Positions 32,684 to 42,273 of a stretch of DNA of 64,000 bases are shown here, piece after piece. The stretch is taken from the NCBI GenBank assembly GCA_963798385.1, contig CAWCTE010000006.1, forward strand, positions 18,646 through 82,645, given 5' to 3'. The notes beneath the pieces are model-generated. The model searched no databases and was not told the DNA's origin. It saw only the letters and a program-made list of their open reading frames with translations. Every line of letters starts with the position of its first letter. The first letter of the stretch is position 1. This DNA is from an uncultured Alphaproteobacteria bacterium. GTDB lineage: Bacteria > Pseudomonadota > Alphaproteobacteria > Rhodobacterales > Rhodobacteraceae. Made by a program: the position numbers and the translations under genes.

Positions 32684-34279
32684 TCATTCCGGGATGAAGC
32701 GCGGCAGGCGGTCGACGGCCTCGGCGAGGAAGCGCTGCAGCCGGGCGTCGGCCTCGGCCACGCCGTTGGCGCCGGGGCCGACGGCGGTGATCACCCGGAC
32801 CAGCCCGCCGTCGGAGCGGCCCATGGTCATGCCGTCGGCCACCGTGTGGAACTTGACGGCGAAGTCGCCGGTGAGCTGCCGGCCATGGCCCTCGAACCAG
32901 TAGTAGACCAGCTGCTTCTCCAGGCCCTTCTGGATCAGGGCGCGGTTGAGCTTGAAGGTGCCGAAGGAGGTCCCGGGCAGGGTGACCTCGGTCGGGTCGA
33001 TCGAGAACACCTCCCAGCCGGCGCCGGGCAGGCAGGCCGCCGGGGAATGCACCGCGGCGCCGTTGGTCTGCTTCTCGTAGTAGGTCAGGAAGAAATCCAC
33101 CCCCGCGGCCTCGTCGGGGCTGCGGTAGAAGGCGGAGAGATAGTCGTCGGCGCCGAGCGTCGCCTCGACCTGCGGGTCCAGCGTCGAGGTGACGCCGGTC
33201 CAGTCGCCGATCTGCCGCGGAAACTGGCTGAAGGCATCGCGCTGCGGCAGCGTCACGCTGCGCGCCGGGGTCACCACCCAGGCCGCCGCGATCGCCGCGG
33301 TGAGGCAGGCGGCGACGATCAGCCCCCGCGAGGCCTCGGTGTCGCGGACCCGGGCGATCTGGGCCCCGAGCCCGGAGAAGTCGAGCTCCAGCGCCTCGCC
33401 GAGCGGCCGGCGGTCGCCGGAGAGCCACTGCATCACCTTGGCCATGCCGAAGAGGATGGCGATGCAGGAGAGAAAGATCACCCAGCCCTCGAAGATGTGC
33501 AGGAAGCCCTCGGCCTGCTCGATGCCGTAGCGGTCGACCAGGATGCCGATGATGCCGATCCTGACCGAGTTCATCAGCACCGCCAGCGGGATCGCCGAGA
33601 AGAGCAGCACCATCTTGTGCCAGACCGGCCCGCGGTAGAGGACGGCGAAGACATAGGTGAAGCTCATGATCGGGAAGAGGTAGCGCAGGCCGGAACAGGC
33701 CTCCGCCACCTGCAGCTTGTAGACCCCGAGGTCGATGATGTTGCCGTCGAGGAAAACCGGCACCGAGGCGAGCTGAACCAGCGCCACCCCGAGCTCCGAG
33801 GAGACCAGTTGCAGCGAGGTGTTGACCTTCCAGTAAAGGAACTGCGGCAGCGGCAGCATGAAGACGAGGTGCAGCACCGAGGGCCAGAAGATCAGCCCCC
33901 GCTTCCAGCCGAAACCGGTGAGGACCAGCCCCGCCACCCAGATGATCAGCGCGTAGAAGACGATGTCGGCGATCTGCACCAGATTGCCCATGACCGCGAT
34001 CAGGAGCGCCAGCGCGATGACCAGAACCCCGGGCCAGCGGTCGGTGACCGGCCGCTCCGCCGGCGGCACCTCCTTGAGTTCGCGCAGGAACATGTAGAAC
34101 GACAGGCAGGGAATTACTGGCCCGTGGCTGAATTCCGGCCGCGACCAGGCGCTCGCGAGCCCGGCCAGGCCGTACCAGAACAGCGGCAGCGTCGAGAAGA
34201 CCGCGAGCGCCAGCCAGAACAGGCCGGGCAGGTTCAGCCCCCGCGCGCGCGGCGATCCGTCCAGAATGTGCGTCGTCAC
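32684..34279 (-). CDS. xrtD: Exosortase D (VPLPA-CTERM-specific) with EpsI domain
   Basis: SHGPVIP, VAEACSGLRYLFP, NSVRI, HIFEGWVIF; C-terminal HSPAACLPGAGW and LVYYWF. Confidence 0.92.
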   Translation of the reverse strand: MTTHILDGSPRARGLNLPGLFWLALAVFSTLPLFWYGLAGLASAWSRPEFSHGPVIPCLSFYMFLRELKEVPPAERPVTDRWPGVLVIALALLIAVMGNLVQIADIVFYALIIWVAGLVLTGFGWKRGLIFWPSVLHLVFMLPLPQFLYWKVNTSLQLVSSELGVALVQLASVPVFLDGNIIDLGVYKLQVAEACSGLRYLFPIMSFTYVFAVLYRGPVWHKMVLLFSAIPLAVLMNSVRIGIIGILVDRYGIEQAEGFLHIFEGWVIFLSCIAILFGMAKVMQWLSGDRRPLGEALELDFSGLGAQIARVRDTEASRGLIVAACLTAAIAAAWVVTPARSVTLPQRDAFSQFPRQIGDWTGVTSTLDPQVEATLGADDYLSAFYRSPDEAAGVDFFLTYYEKQTNGAAVHSPAACLPGAGWEVFSIDPTEVTLPGTSFGTFKLNRALIQKGLEKQLVYYWFEGHGRQLTGDFAVKFHTVADGMTMGRSDGGLVRVITAVGPGANGVAEADARLQRFLAEAVDRLPRFIPE

Positions 34280-34503
34280 CGGTCCCCGTTCCTCTCCTGG
34301 CCGCGGTTCCTTACCCTGCCGCGGCCTTCGCCCCCCGACGACACATACACCGGCGAGGCCTTCGAATAAAGTCGCGGTCGCGTGCGTAGGTTACCCCCAC
34401 CCCTGGGGCGATTGCGCTCCGCGGGGCCTTTGCGCCGCGCCCGCGACCGCCTAAGAACGGGGCCGGCGGGCAGGGGCCGGGGTGCAGGAAGGAAGCGCGG
34501 TCA

Positions 34504-35412
34504 ATGGTGGCGGTGACGGATTTCAGGACGGTGGCCGAGCTCGCGCGGCTGATCAGCCACAATCTCTGGCGGCTGCCCGGGGATTTCTCCGCCGTGGCCG
34601 CAATCCCCGAGAGCGGCCGGCTGCCGGCGGCGCTCGTCGGCCTGCAGACCGGCCGGCCGGTCTTCGACCTCGACGTGCTCCTCGATCCCGGCGCTGCCCC
34701 GGAAGGGGCGGTGCTGCTCGTCGACGACGTCTGCCTGACCGGGGCGACCATGACTGCGGCCCGGGACCGCCTCGCCGAGCACCGGCCGGACCTCGTGGTG
34801 CACCGGCTCGCGGTCTTCTGCCGCTCCGGGTCGGAGACGGCGGTGGATCTCAGCCTCGCCCCGGCGCCGGCGGATCCGGTCTTCGAATGGAGCCTCTTCC
34901 GCACGCCGGTGGTGGCGCGGGCGATGTTCGACCTCGACGGCATCTTCTGCGGCGACTGCCCGGCGGAGGACGACGATGACGGGGCGCGCTACCGGCGGTT
35001 CCTCGAGACCGCAGCGCCCCAGGCGGTGCCGCGCGGCCCGGTCCACAGCATCGTCACCGCCCGCCTCGAGAAGTACCGCCCCGAGACCGAAGCCTGGCTC
35101 GCCCGGCATGGCATCGCCTACGGACGGCTGGTGATGCTCGACCTCGCCTCCGACGCCGAGCGCCGCCGCACCCGGCCCCAGGGCCGCTTCAAGGCGGCCG
35201 CCTATGCCGCCGACACCGGCGCGGCGCTCTTCGTCGAGAGCGAGACCTGGCAGGCCCGCGAGATCGCCCGGCTCGCCCCCGGCAAGGCCGTCTTCGACTA
35301 CCAGGGCCGTCAGATGCTCGATGGCGCGGCCCTGCAGGCCCGGAGCCTGTCGCGCCGGCTCAGGCGGCGCCTGGGCGGCCTCGGCGGGCGCCTTGCCCGG
35401 CTGGGCGGCTGA
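34504..35412 (+). CDS. Phosphoribosyltransferase-like + HAD phosphatase-like fusion
   Basis: PRPP-binding motif VLLVDDVCLTGATM; HAD motifs FDLDG, IVTAR, K, FVESE. Confidence 0.7.
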   Translation: MVAVTDFRTVAELARLISHNLWRLPGDFSAVAAIPESGRLPAALVGLQTGRPVFDLDVLLDPGAAPEGAVLLVDDVCLTGATMTAARDRLAEHRPDLVVHRLAVFCRSGSETAVDLSLAPAPADPVFEWSLFRTPVVARAMFDLDGIFCGDCPAEDDDDGARYRRFLETAAPQAVPRGPVHSIVTARLEKYRPETEAWLARHGIAYGRLVMLDLASDAERRRTRPQGRFKAAAYAADTGAALFVESETWQAREIARLAPGKAVFDYQGRQMLDGAALQARSLSRRLRRRLGGLGGRLARLGG

Positions 35413-35494
35413 GCCGGAAAGGGTCGCGCGGACGGTTCTTGCGCGGCCTCGGAATTTTAATCTTTGTGAATCCTAATACTATCAGATAGTTATA

Positions 35495-35513
35495 GGTGTT
35501 TCACACGTGAAAC
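35495..35513 (-). repeat. Palindromic 19-mer GTTTCACGTGTGAAACACC, copy 2
   Basis: Same 19-mer as 7407-7425, just after the stop of the beta-barrel gene. Confidence 0.6.
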
Positions 35514-35517
35514 ACAC

Positions 35518-36843
35518 TCAGAATCCCGTGACGAAGCTCCGGCCGATCTGGACGTAGAACCGGTTGCTGGTGGCGTCGTCGTTCTGATCGTAACGGGTAA
35601 ACGTGTAGCCGAGCGAAGCGGAAACCACGTCGGTGAAGTCGCGGGTGTACTGGGCGGTGAAGCCGAACTGGTTGCGGTCGGGGTCGGCGGCGTCTTTGTC
35701 GGCGCTGGCGCTGTTGGCGGCGCTGGCATCGAAGAGCACCGTCGAGAGGTTGTTGATCTGGTGGCTGTAGCTGACGCCGAGGCCGGTGACTCGGCGGTCG
35801 TCGCCTTCCGAGCCGAGGCCATAGTTCTGGTAGGCTCGGACGTTAATCCCGCCGCGCGGCAACTCGTAGCGCGCCTGAAGGTCGCCGGAGATCCGGGTGG
35901 TGGGGGCGGCCGTGGTGTAGCGGAGGCTGAAGCCGAGATCGAGGTAATCGGTCTGGTAGTCGCCGAGCGCCCGGAGCGCGATACCGGTATTGGTGTCCGT
36001 CGAGCGTATACCGGTGGCTTCGTCCGTCGTCCGCTCCTCGCGATTGGCGTAGCCGCCGCCAAAGGTCAGCGACAGGTCGTCGCTCGGCTCGTAGGTGAGG
36101 CCGATGTCGAGCTCGGTGTTGTTGATCTGGGTATTCGGGTCGTCGTTGGCGTCCTGGTAATCGTAGCCAGCGGCCACGACGCTCGACAGCACCGGCGAGA
36201 AGCGTAGCGTCCAGGTGAGGATCCCCTCGGCGCCGGTGCGCGACACGTAGTCCTCCGCGCTGTCACCCGAATAGTTGACGCTGGAGGCCCGGAGCCGAAA
36301 GCTGATCGAGCTCGGCGAGTTGGTTCCGGTGACGAAGCCGGTGTTGAGGTCGTAGCGCTGCTGGTAGGTGTTGGCATTGATCAGGGTGACGTCTTCGGGG
36401 ACCACCGGCTGGCCCTGATCGTCGAAGACCGGATTGGTGTCGAGGATCAGCTGGTCGATCCGCTGCGAGGCGGCGCTCACGTCAATGTCGAAGGCGTTGT
36501 TGGCGAAGTCTTGTGAATAGGCGAACCGGGCCACCGACGGCGAGGCCACCACCCATTCGAAGGACTGGTCCGGCTGGTCAAGCGCCCGTAGGCCGGTGTT
36601 GAGGTTGAACCGCAGGTTCTGGGTATCGGTCTCCTGGATGAGACCGATACCGATGCGGGTATCCCCGAAATAAGTGGTGCCCGGGGACTCGGAGTCGAGA
36701 TTGTAGTTGGTGTCCGCCTCGAGGCTCTGGGAGATCGTGGCCGTCAGGGTGGATTCTGCCACGACCGGCACGCCCTGGGCGGCCGCGTCGTGGACCGCGG
36801 CGCTGCCGACCAGCGGAAGGGCGACCAGGAAGACACGTCGCAT
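35518..36843 (-). CDS. Outer-membrane beta-barrel protein (EPS/exosortase associated)
   Basis: Signal peptide ending AAA-Q; alternating beta-strand pattern; C-terminal Phe; downstream of wza. Confidence 0.75.
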   Translation of the reverse strand: MRRVFLVALPLVGSAAVHDAAAQGVPVVAESTLTATISQSLEADTNYNLDSESPGTTYFGDTRIGIGLIQETDTQNLRFNLNTGLRALDQPDQSFEWVVASPSVARFAYSQDFANNAFDIDVSAASQRIDQLILDTNPVFDDQGQPVVPEDVTLINANTYQQRYDLNTGFVTGTNSPSSISFRLRASSVNYSGDSAEDYVSRTGAEGILTWTLRFSPVLSSVVAAGYDYQDANDDPNTQINNTELDIGLTYEPSDDLSLTFGGGYANREERTTDEATGIRSTDTNTGIALRALGDYQTDYLDLGFSLRYTTAAPTTRISGDLQARYELPRGGINVRAYQNYGLGSEGDDRRVTGLGVSYSHQINNLSTVLFDASAANSASADKDAADPDRNQFGFTAQYTRDFTDVVSASLGYTFTRYDQNDDATSNRFYVQIGRSFVTGF

Positions 36844-36854
36844 GGGCTACCGCC

Positions 36855-37442
36855 TCACTCGAAGAGGTGGCGTTCGGGAACGATGATCACGTCGCCTTCG
36901 CGGAGCGCGATCATCGACTGGATCGAGCCGCCGCGCTCGACGGCCTTGTAGTTGAAGAGATAGAGTTTCTCCTGGCCACTCGAGGGATCGGTACGCCGCA
37001 GCTGGATGCGCTTGTTGGCGGCGAACCGTGCCGGCCCGCCGGCGAGCGCCAGGGCCTGCAGGAGCGTGGTGCCCTGCTCGACCTGGATGGGCCCGGGGGC
37101 GTTGACCTGGCCGAGAACGTAGACGGTGTAGAGCCCTGCGGTCGCGTCGACGGAAGACAGCGCCACGAAAACGTTGGGCCTGACCGCGAAGTTCGAGGCG
37201 AGCCGGTCGGCGATGGTCCTCTCGACCGCGTCGACGGTCTGACCGGAGACCTGCACGGTCCCGGCCAGCGGCACGGAAATCCGACCGTCGGGGGTCACGA
37301 GGAGCTGCCGGTTCAACGTTTCGTCCTCGAGTACGGTGATCTGCAGCTGGTCTCCGGGCTGGATCCGATAGGAGGCGCTCTGCGCCAGCGCAGCGGGCAC
37401 GGCCAGGAGCATCATCAGAAAAGTCAGTACGATGCGTCTCAT
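36855..37442 (-). CDS. Polysaccharide export protein (Wza/Poly_export + SLBB)
   Basis: YRIQPGDQLQITV, PDGRISVPLAG, VYVLGQV, LREGDVIIVPE. Confidence 0.9.
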   Translation of the reverse strand: MRRIVLTFLMMLLAVPAALAQSASYRIQPGDQLQITVLEDETLNRQLLVTPDGRISVPLAGTVQVSGQTVDAVERTIADRLASNFAVRPNVFVALSSVDATAGLYTVYVLGQVNAPGPIQVEQGTTLLQALALAGGPARFAANKRIQLRRTDPSSGQEKLYLFNYKAVERGGSIQSMIALREGDVIIVPERHLFE

Positions 37443-37676
37443 TGCTCCACCTGGTCTGGTCATTTGATGTCTCCGCTTAAATCATGAGCAGGACGGGGGC
37501 GAAAGCCAAACCCGCCGCATTCGGGGTCCGGTGGGTCGAAAAGCCCCGGACACGTTGTCATTCCGCAACAGATTTTCGGTCACTGTGACACCTTTTCCCG
37601 ATTTGCTTGCCCAGAGCGGGGGCGCGCGATGAAAACTTTCTTAAGGCGGCGTGACTTGCGAAAAATCCGGGCTCCA

Positions 37677-37692
37677 TTAACCGGGGACTAAC
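37677..37692 (+). promoter_or_regulatory. CtrA-like box
   Basis: TTAA-CCGGGGA-CTAAC in the wza/BLUF divergent intergenic region. Confidence 0.45.
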
Positions 37693-37801
37693 GCCGCATG
37701 GGCAGAAGGCGGAAGATGGCAGGCTTCCGCATTGTGAGAAGAACATGGGAGGTCCCGAACGCATTCCGTGGCCGGCCGCCGCACGTGGTGGGAGCCTGGG
37801 G

Positions 37802-38272
37802 ATGACCGGTCCGGCGACGAGCCCGGGGATGAGCCCCCTAACCGACGCCCGCGCCGGGGCACTCGAGCGGCTGGTCTATGTCAGCCGCGCCGCGCCCTGT
37901 CTCGACATCGCAGAGGTCTACGCCATCATCCGCCGCGCCCACGCCGACAACACCAGCCATTGCATCACCGGTGCCTTGGTTTTTCTCGACGGCTGGTTCG
38001 CGCAGGTGCTCGAGGGGCCGGCAGCTATCCTCGACGCCCGGCTGGCCTCGATTTGCCGCGACCCGCGCCACGGCGCCCTGGCGCTCCGCCAGCGCGAGCG
38101 GGTGCACGCCCGGGTCTTCGCCGGCCAGCCGATGGCGCTGCGCACCCGGACCTGCCTCGACGCGGGCCTGCTCGAGGCCTTCGGCTACCGTCCCGGCTTC
38201 CCGGTGGCCGACTTCCCCGCCGACGCGCTCTTGGAATTCGTCGTACAGACCTGCCGCCGACGCGCGTTCTGA
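37802..38272 (+). CDS. Stand-alone BLUF-domain protein
   Basis: LVYVSRA, N..ITGALV, FAQVLEG, I.RDPRH, RVFAGQPM; start codon uncertain. Confidence 0.88.
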   Translation: MTGPATSPGMSPLTDARAGALERLVYVSRAAPCLDIAEVYAIIRRAHADNTSHCITGALVFLDGWFAQVLEGPAAILDARLASICRDPRHGALALRQRERVHARVFAGQPMALRTRTCLDAGLLEAFGYRPGFPVADFPADALLEFVVQTCRRRAF

Positions 38273-38280
38273 ACGGCGGC

Positions 38281-38314
38281 TGAACCCGTGATTAACGATT
38301 TACCAATGGTTAAC
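38281..38314 (+). promoter_or_regulatory. Two tandem CtrA-like boxes
   Basis: TGAA-N7-TTAAC (38281-38296) and TTTA-N7-TTAAC (38299-38314). Confidence 0.5.
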
Positions 38315-38386
38315 CGCGCCTCTGGCCGGCCAGAGACGTCCCTGATAAGGTCCCGGACCAGTTTGTTTCGGGATTAGGGGGGACGT

Positions 38387-39958
38387 ATGTTTTACAAGAT
38401 AAATCCCAAGCTTGAGCAGGTGGCCTTTGATCTCGCGCCCGAGGGATTTCTCACGGGCGACCGTCTCTGGATTGACGTGAAGGGATATTTCAGGGCCGGC
38501 GACACCACTGGGCCGATCACCGAGGACAAGTGGCAGAACGCGGCGTTTCAATTCCTGGTCGGTTCGGAGCTGTCGAAGGAATTCGACGACCCGGCCTCGC
38601 TTCCCGTCCTGGCCAAGGCGAAGAGTACCACCCTCGTCGTGAACAACCACGACGATCCCCTGAGCGACAACAGCGATCCCAACCACGACTATGGTGTCCG
38701 GGTGAAGCTCGCGGCCTTCACCCAGGACAACGACACCTTCTACTTCAGGGGCCGCGCCGCGCTGCCCGAGGTCCAGGGCTCGATCTACAATGCCGGCGGC
38801 GGCAACGACGTGGTGATTATGCCGGATACACCTGTCGCGGGCTTCGATACGTCCAAGATGTTCTACGCCGGCAGCGGCAACGACAGGATTAAGGCAGGAG
38901 ATCTCGATCTTCGGATCAACTTCGGCCAAGGCGTCGATACCTTCGTGCTCGACAACGGCACCGTCGAATGGGGCAACAAGGAAAATCGCGACAATGACAA
39001 CAAGATTGTCGTCAAGACCGATGGTGGCAGACACCAAGTGATGAACGTCGAGGTCCTGAAGGACGCCGACGGCAAGGACCTTGGTGTGAAATGGTATTTC
39101 GACTTGGCGCGAGACAATGACGGCGGTCTCAAGGTCAAGTTTTTCGAGAACGGCAAGCTGGTCGCCTCGGGTGACGGCTACTATGACGAGGCTCTGCCCA
39201 CGCCCTCCGGAAAATTTGAAGCGACTATCCGGAAGAGCGGTTGGGTCGAGATCTCGGGCGTATCCGGGTATGGCGACGTCGCCATTCACAAAGGATATTC
39301 GGGAGGAAATGCCGAGGCGGACTTCGTGGTCGCCCCGTCGTTCCTGAAAACGGTCTTTAACCACATTGGGGACGCCTATGGCTCGATCAACAAGAAGATA
39401 CCCTGGGATCACGGCCGTCTGGATACGTTTGTGCCGGTCACCGCGGCGGTGCGCGGAGAGATCGATCAGCCCCTCCTGAAACCGAAGGGTGTGGTCACCG
39501 ACGATCGTGGCGACAGCCTGGTAAATCCCAAGTTCGTACTGTGGAACGATGGGGACCACCCGGGCTTGGAGTCCAAGTCCATCCAAATCTTTTTTACCGT
39601 CGGCGGCAGCGCCACACGCTTCGATGACTGGAATTTCGCTGGTGGAGTACACCGTGAAGGCAAGGATGCAAACGGCGACGTAGTCTACTCGGTGATGTTG
39701 GAGCAGGGGAAAGCCTCGGTTGCCGTCCCGATCCGTATTATCGGAGACAAAGTCAATGAAGGCACTGAGCGGATCAAGTTCGACGTGGTGGACATCGACA
39801 TCTGGCGGCACACCGGCTCGTCGGACAAGCTCTACCACATCTCCGGAGGGCCGGGGGCCGACCAGGAGCGTGACTTCGACGGTCCGACCGGCCTTGAGAG
39901 CAACCTGATCCAGGACACCGACTTCGTGGTGACGATTCATGACCACCTGATCGGCTGA
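38387..39958 (+). CDS. Putative extracellular Ca-binding protein
   Basis: Asp/Gly-rich, no signal peptide; RTX-like NAGGGNDVV and AGSGNDRI; Calx-beta-like IRIIGDKVNEGTERIKF and VTIHD. Confidence 0.6.
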   Translation: MFYKINPKLEQVAFDLAPEGFLTGDRLWIDVKGYFRAGDTTGPITEDKWQNAAFQFLVGSELSKEFDDPASLPVLAKAKSTTLVVNNHDDPLSDNSDPNHDYGVRVKLAAFTQDNDTFYFRGRAALPEVQGSIYNAGGGNDVVIMPDTPVAGFDTSKMFYAGSGNDRIKAGDLDLRINFGQGVDTFVLDNGTVEWGNKENRDNDNKIVVKTDGGRHQVMNVEVLKDADGKDLGVKWYFDLARDNDGGLKVKFFENGKLVASGDGYYDEALPTPSGKFEATIRKSGWVEISGVSGYGDVAIHKGYSGGNAEADFVVAPSFLKTVFNHIGDAYGSINKKIPWDHGRLDTFVPVTAAVRGEIDQPLLKPKGVVTDDRGDSLVNPKFVLWNDGDHPGLESKSIQIFFTVGGSATRFDDWNFAGGVHREGKDANGDVVYSVMLEQGKASVAVPIRIIGDKVNEGTERIKFDVVDIDIWRHTGSSDKLYHISGGPGADQERDFDGPTGLESNLIQDTDFVVTIHDHLIG

Positions 39959-39970
39959 GGCGCCGGTTTT

Positions 39971-41362
39971 TTGGTGCCGAGGGATAGTCGGACTCGGTTC
40001 GAGACACTGCTTGTCGCCGGGGAGCCGGTGGCTGGCTGTTTCGCGGAAGCCTCGATGCGGGTGCGGGCAGCTGTTTCGGCGACCATGCCGCGCGAAGCGG
40101 CGCTTCGGGACGTCGCCGCCGGCGTGGCGGCGCCGCTTCTCGTCAGCTACGCCGCATGGATTTTGCGTGACGCCGAGCGCCGGGGCATCCGACGGATCTA
40201 TTTCCTCGCCCGTGACGGACAGGTCCTGCTGGAGATCGCCCGGATCCTCGCCCGGCGCCTCGGAGTCAGTATCGAGTGTCGCTATCTTTACGCCAGTCGG
40301 CAGGCCTGGTTGCGGAATGTCACCGATCTGCAGGCGACCGATGCCGGGCACTGGCTCTGGTGGGGGGTCTGGCAGGGTTTTGTGCCGGGGGAGAGCACTC
40401 TTAACAACCTCAAGCGCCGGCTCGGGGTGCCGGGGAGCGATCTCGATGCGGCGCTCGACGCCCACGGGTTTGGGCTGGTGACCCACGACCTGCCGCTCTC
40501 GGACGACAACGTTGAGCGGCTCAAGGCCTTCTTTGCGACCGAAGGCTTCGCTGCGGCGTTGGCGCGCTCTCGCGCAGACAACCGCAAGTTTTTAAAGAAC
40601 TATTTGGCGCAGGAGGGCCTCTTTGACGGCACGCCCTCGGCGATGGTCGATATCGGCTGGGCCGGGAACCTGCACGCGGCGCTGGCACGCGCCCAAGCGG
40701 CGGAAGGTGTGGCGCCGGCCCACGGCTACTATTTCGGCTACAACGAAAAGCGGCTTGCCGAGTGGCGCGAGGACTGCTCGCGTTTCCAGTACGATCTTGA
40801 GGACGAGGCCGAGCCGGAGTTCAAACCGGCCTTCAAGCAGGAACTCGTGGAAATCTATAGCGAGATCTTTTGTACCGCTGACCACGGCACCCTTACCGGC
40901 TTCCGCGAGGAGGCAGGCCGGGTGGTGCCGGAAATCGCGCCGGGTTGGGACACGCGGATGCAGGAATGGGGCCTGCCGGTGGTACGCCGGACGCTGGCGG
41001 CGGTGGCGGAGGGGCTCAACGTCGCCGAGCTTGATCTCGATGGAACCTTGAGCATGCGCGGGCCGATCCGCGACCTGCTCGAGGCTTTCTGGATGCACCC
41101 GACGGCGGCGGAGGCCCGGGCCTGGGGGGCGTTCCCGATCGAGATCGGCGAAGGCCACGGCAGCCGTGCGACGGCGCTGGCCGAGCCCTACCGGGCTGGA
41201 GACCTACTTCCGCTCGTCACCGGGCGGGCGCGGATGCGCAAGCACCTGTATTTTTGGACCGAGGGCGCGCTCGCCATGACTCCGGCGCCGCTGGCGGGGA
41301 CGCTTCGGGCGCTGCGGGCGGTCCGGGGGCGGGACAGGACGGGGGCGCGATCTAAGGTTTAG
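39971..41362 (+). CDS. Glycan phosphoribosyltransferase-like protein, paralog 1 (no N-terminal HAD domain)
   Basis: IYFLARDG, YLYASRQ, VDIGWAGN, EIFCTADHGT. Confidence 0.65.
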   Translation: MVPRDSRTRFETLLVAGEPVAGCFAEASMRVRAAVSATMPREAALRDVAAGVAAPLLVSYAAWILRDAERRGIRRIYFLARDGQVLLEIARILARRLGVSIECRYLYASRQAWLRNVTDLQATDAGHWLWWGVWQGFVPGESTLNNLKRRLGVPGSDLDAALDAHGFGLVTHDLPLSDDNVERLKAFFATEGFAAALARSRADNRKFLKNYLAQEGLFDGTPSAMVDIGWAGNLHAALARAQAAEGVAPAHGYYFGYNEKRLAEWREDCSRFQYDLEDEAEPEFKPAFKQELVEIYSEIFCTADHGTLTGFREEAGRVVPEIAPGWDTRMQEWGLPVVRRTLAAVAEGLNVAELDLDGTLSMRGPIRDLLEAFWMHPTAAEARAWGAFPIEIGEGHGSRATALAEPYRAGDLLPLVTGRARMRKHLYFWTEGALAMTPAPLAGTLRALRAVRGRDRTGARSKV

Positions 41363-41574
41363 ACTTAGGCGATTTGCGGCGCCGGGAACCGGTATTAGGA
41401 AAACGGTATTGGATCCGGGAGTGTGCGCGTTAGCCGGTGGTCGGGGCTTTTGCGGGTGGCGTCCTCTGCGGGGATATGCATCTTGGGGCTGATTAGGGAA
41501 ATCGCCGTGGTTTTGCGCCAAGGAGGCGCGGGCGTCGTCCATGGTGAAAGGTCGCGTACGGGAGTGATGGGCCG

Positions 41575-42273
41575 ATGAAGGTTCGGGAAAAGCGGATCGC
41601 GGGCGTCGGTGCGCTCTGGAAGCTGATCCGGGAGGATCTGCGCCACAATGGCGGCGTGACCTATCCGGGCTTCCAGGCGGTGGCGCTCTACAGGTTCGGG
41701 GTGTGGAAGGACGGCATCGGCTCGAAACTGCTGCGCGTCCCGTTCACGCTACTTTACCGATTTTTCTACATCTTCGTCCGCAATGTCTACGGCATCGAGC
41801 TGCCCCACACCGCCCGCATCGGCCGGCGCTTCACTGTCGGCCACCAGCACGGCATAACCGTGCATGGCAACTCGACGATCGGCGACGATTGCCTGATCCG
41901 TCAGGGAGTGACGCTGGGCCAGGACCGGCCGACGCCGGGAGTGCTGGTCGAGAACGTGCCAGCGCCGCGGCTCTGCAACCGGGTCGAGATCGGTGCCGGG
42001 GCGATGCTTGTGGGTGGCATCACTATCGGCGAAGGAGTGCGGATCGGACCGAACGCAGTGGTGATGACCAACGTGCCGGCCGGCGCCATCGTCACCGCGC
42101 CGCCGTCGCGGATCATGGCGCTGCCGCCGAAGCGCAAGCCGGTGTCCCAGAGCGCGCCCGAGGTTGTCACCGAGACCGAGACCGTGTCCGCCAATCCTCC
42201 GGCGGGTTCTCCGGCCGATCCGGGGCCCAGGGGCGTCGCGACGGATCTCGCGGCGCGGAAGACCGGCACATGA
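41575..42273 (+). CDS. CysE/WcaB-like left-handed beta-helix acyltransferase
   Basis: YGIELP, hexapeptide repeats IGDDCLIRQGVTLG and IGPNAVVMTNVP. Confidence 0.88.
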   Translation: MKVREKRIAGVGALWKLIREDLRHNGGVTYPGFQAVALYRFGVWKDGIGSKLLRVPFTLLYRFFYIFVRNVYGIELPHTARIGRRFTVGHQHGITVHGNSTIGDDCLIRQGVTLGQDRPTPGVLVENVPAPRLCNRVEIGAGAMLVGGITIGEGVRIGPNAVVMTNVPAGAIVTAPPSRIMALPPKRKPVSQSAPEVVTETETVSANPPAGSPADPGPRGVATDLAARKTGT

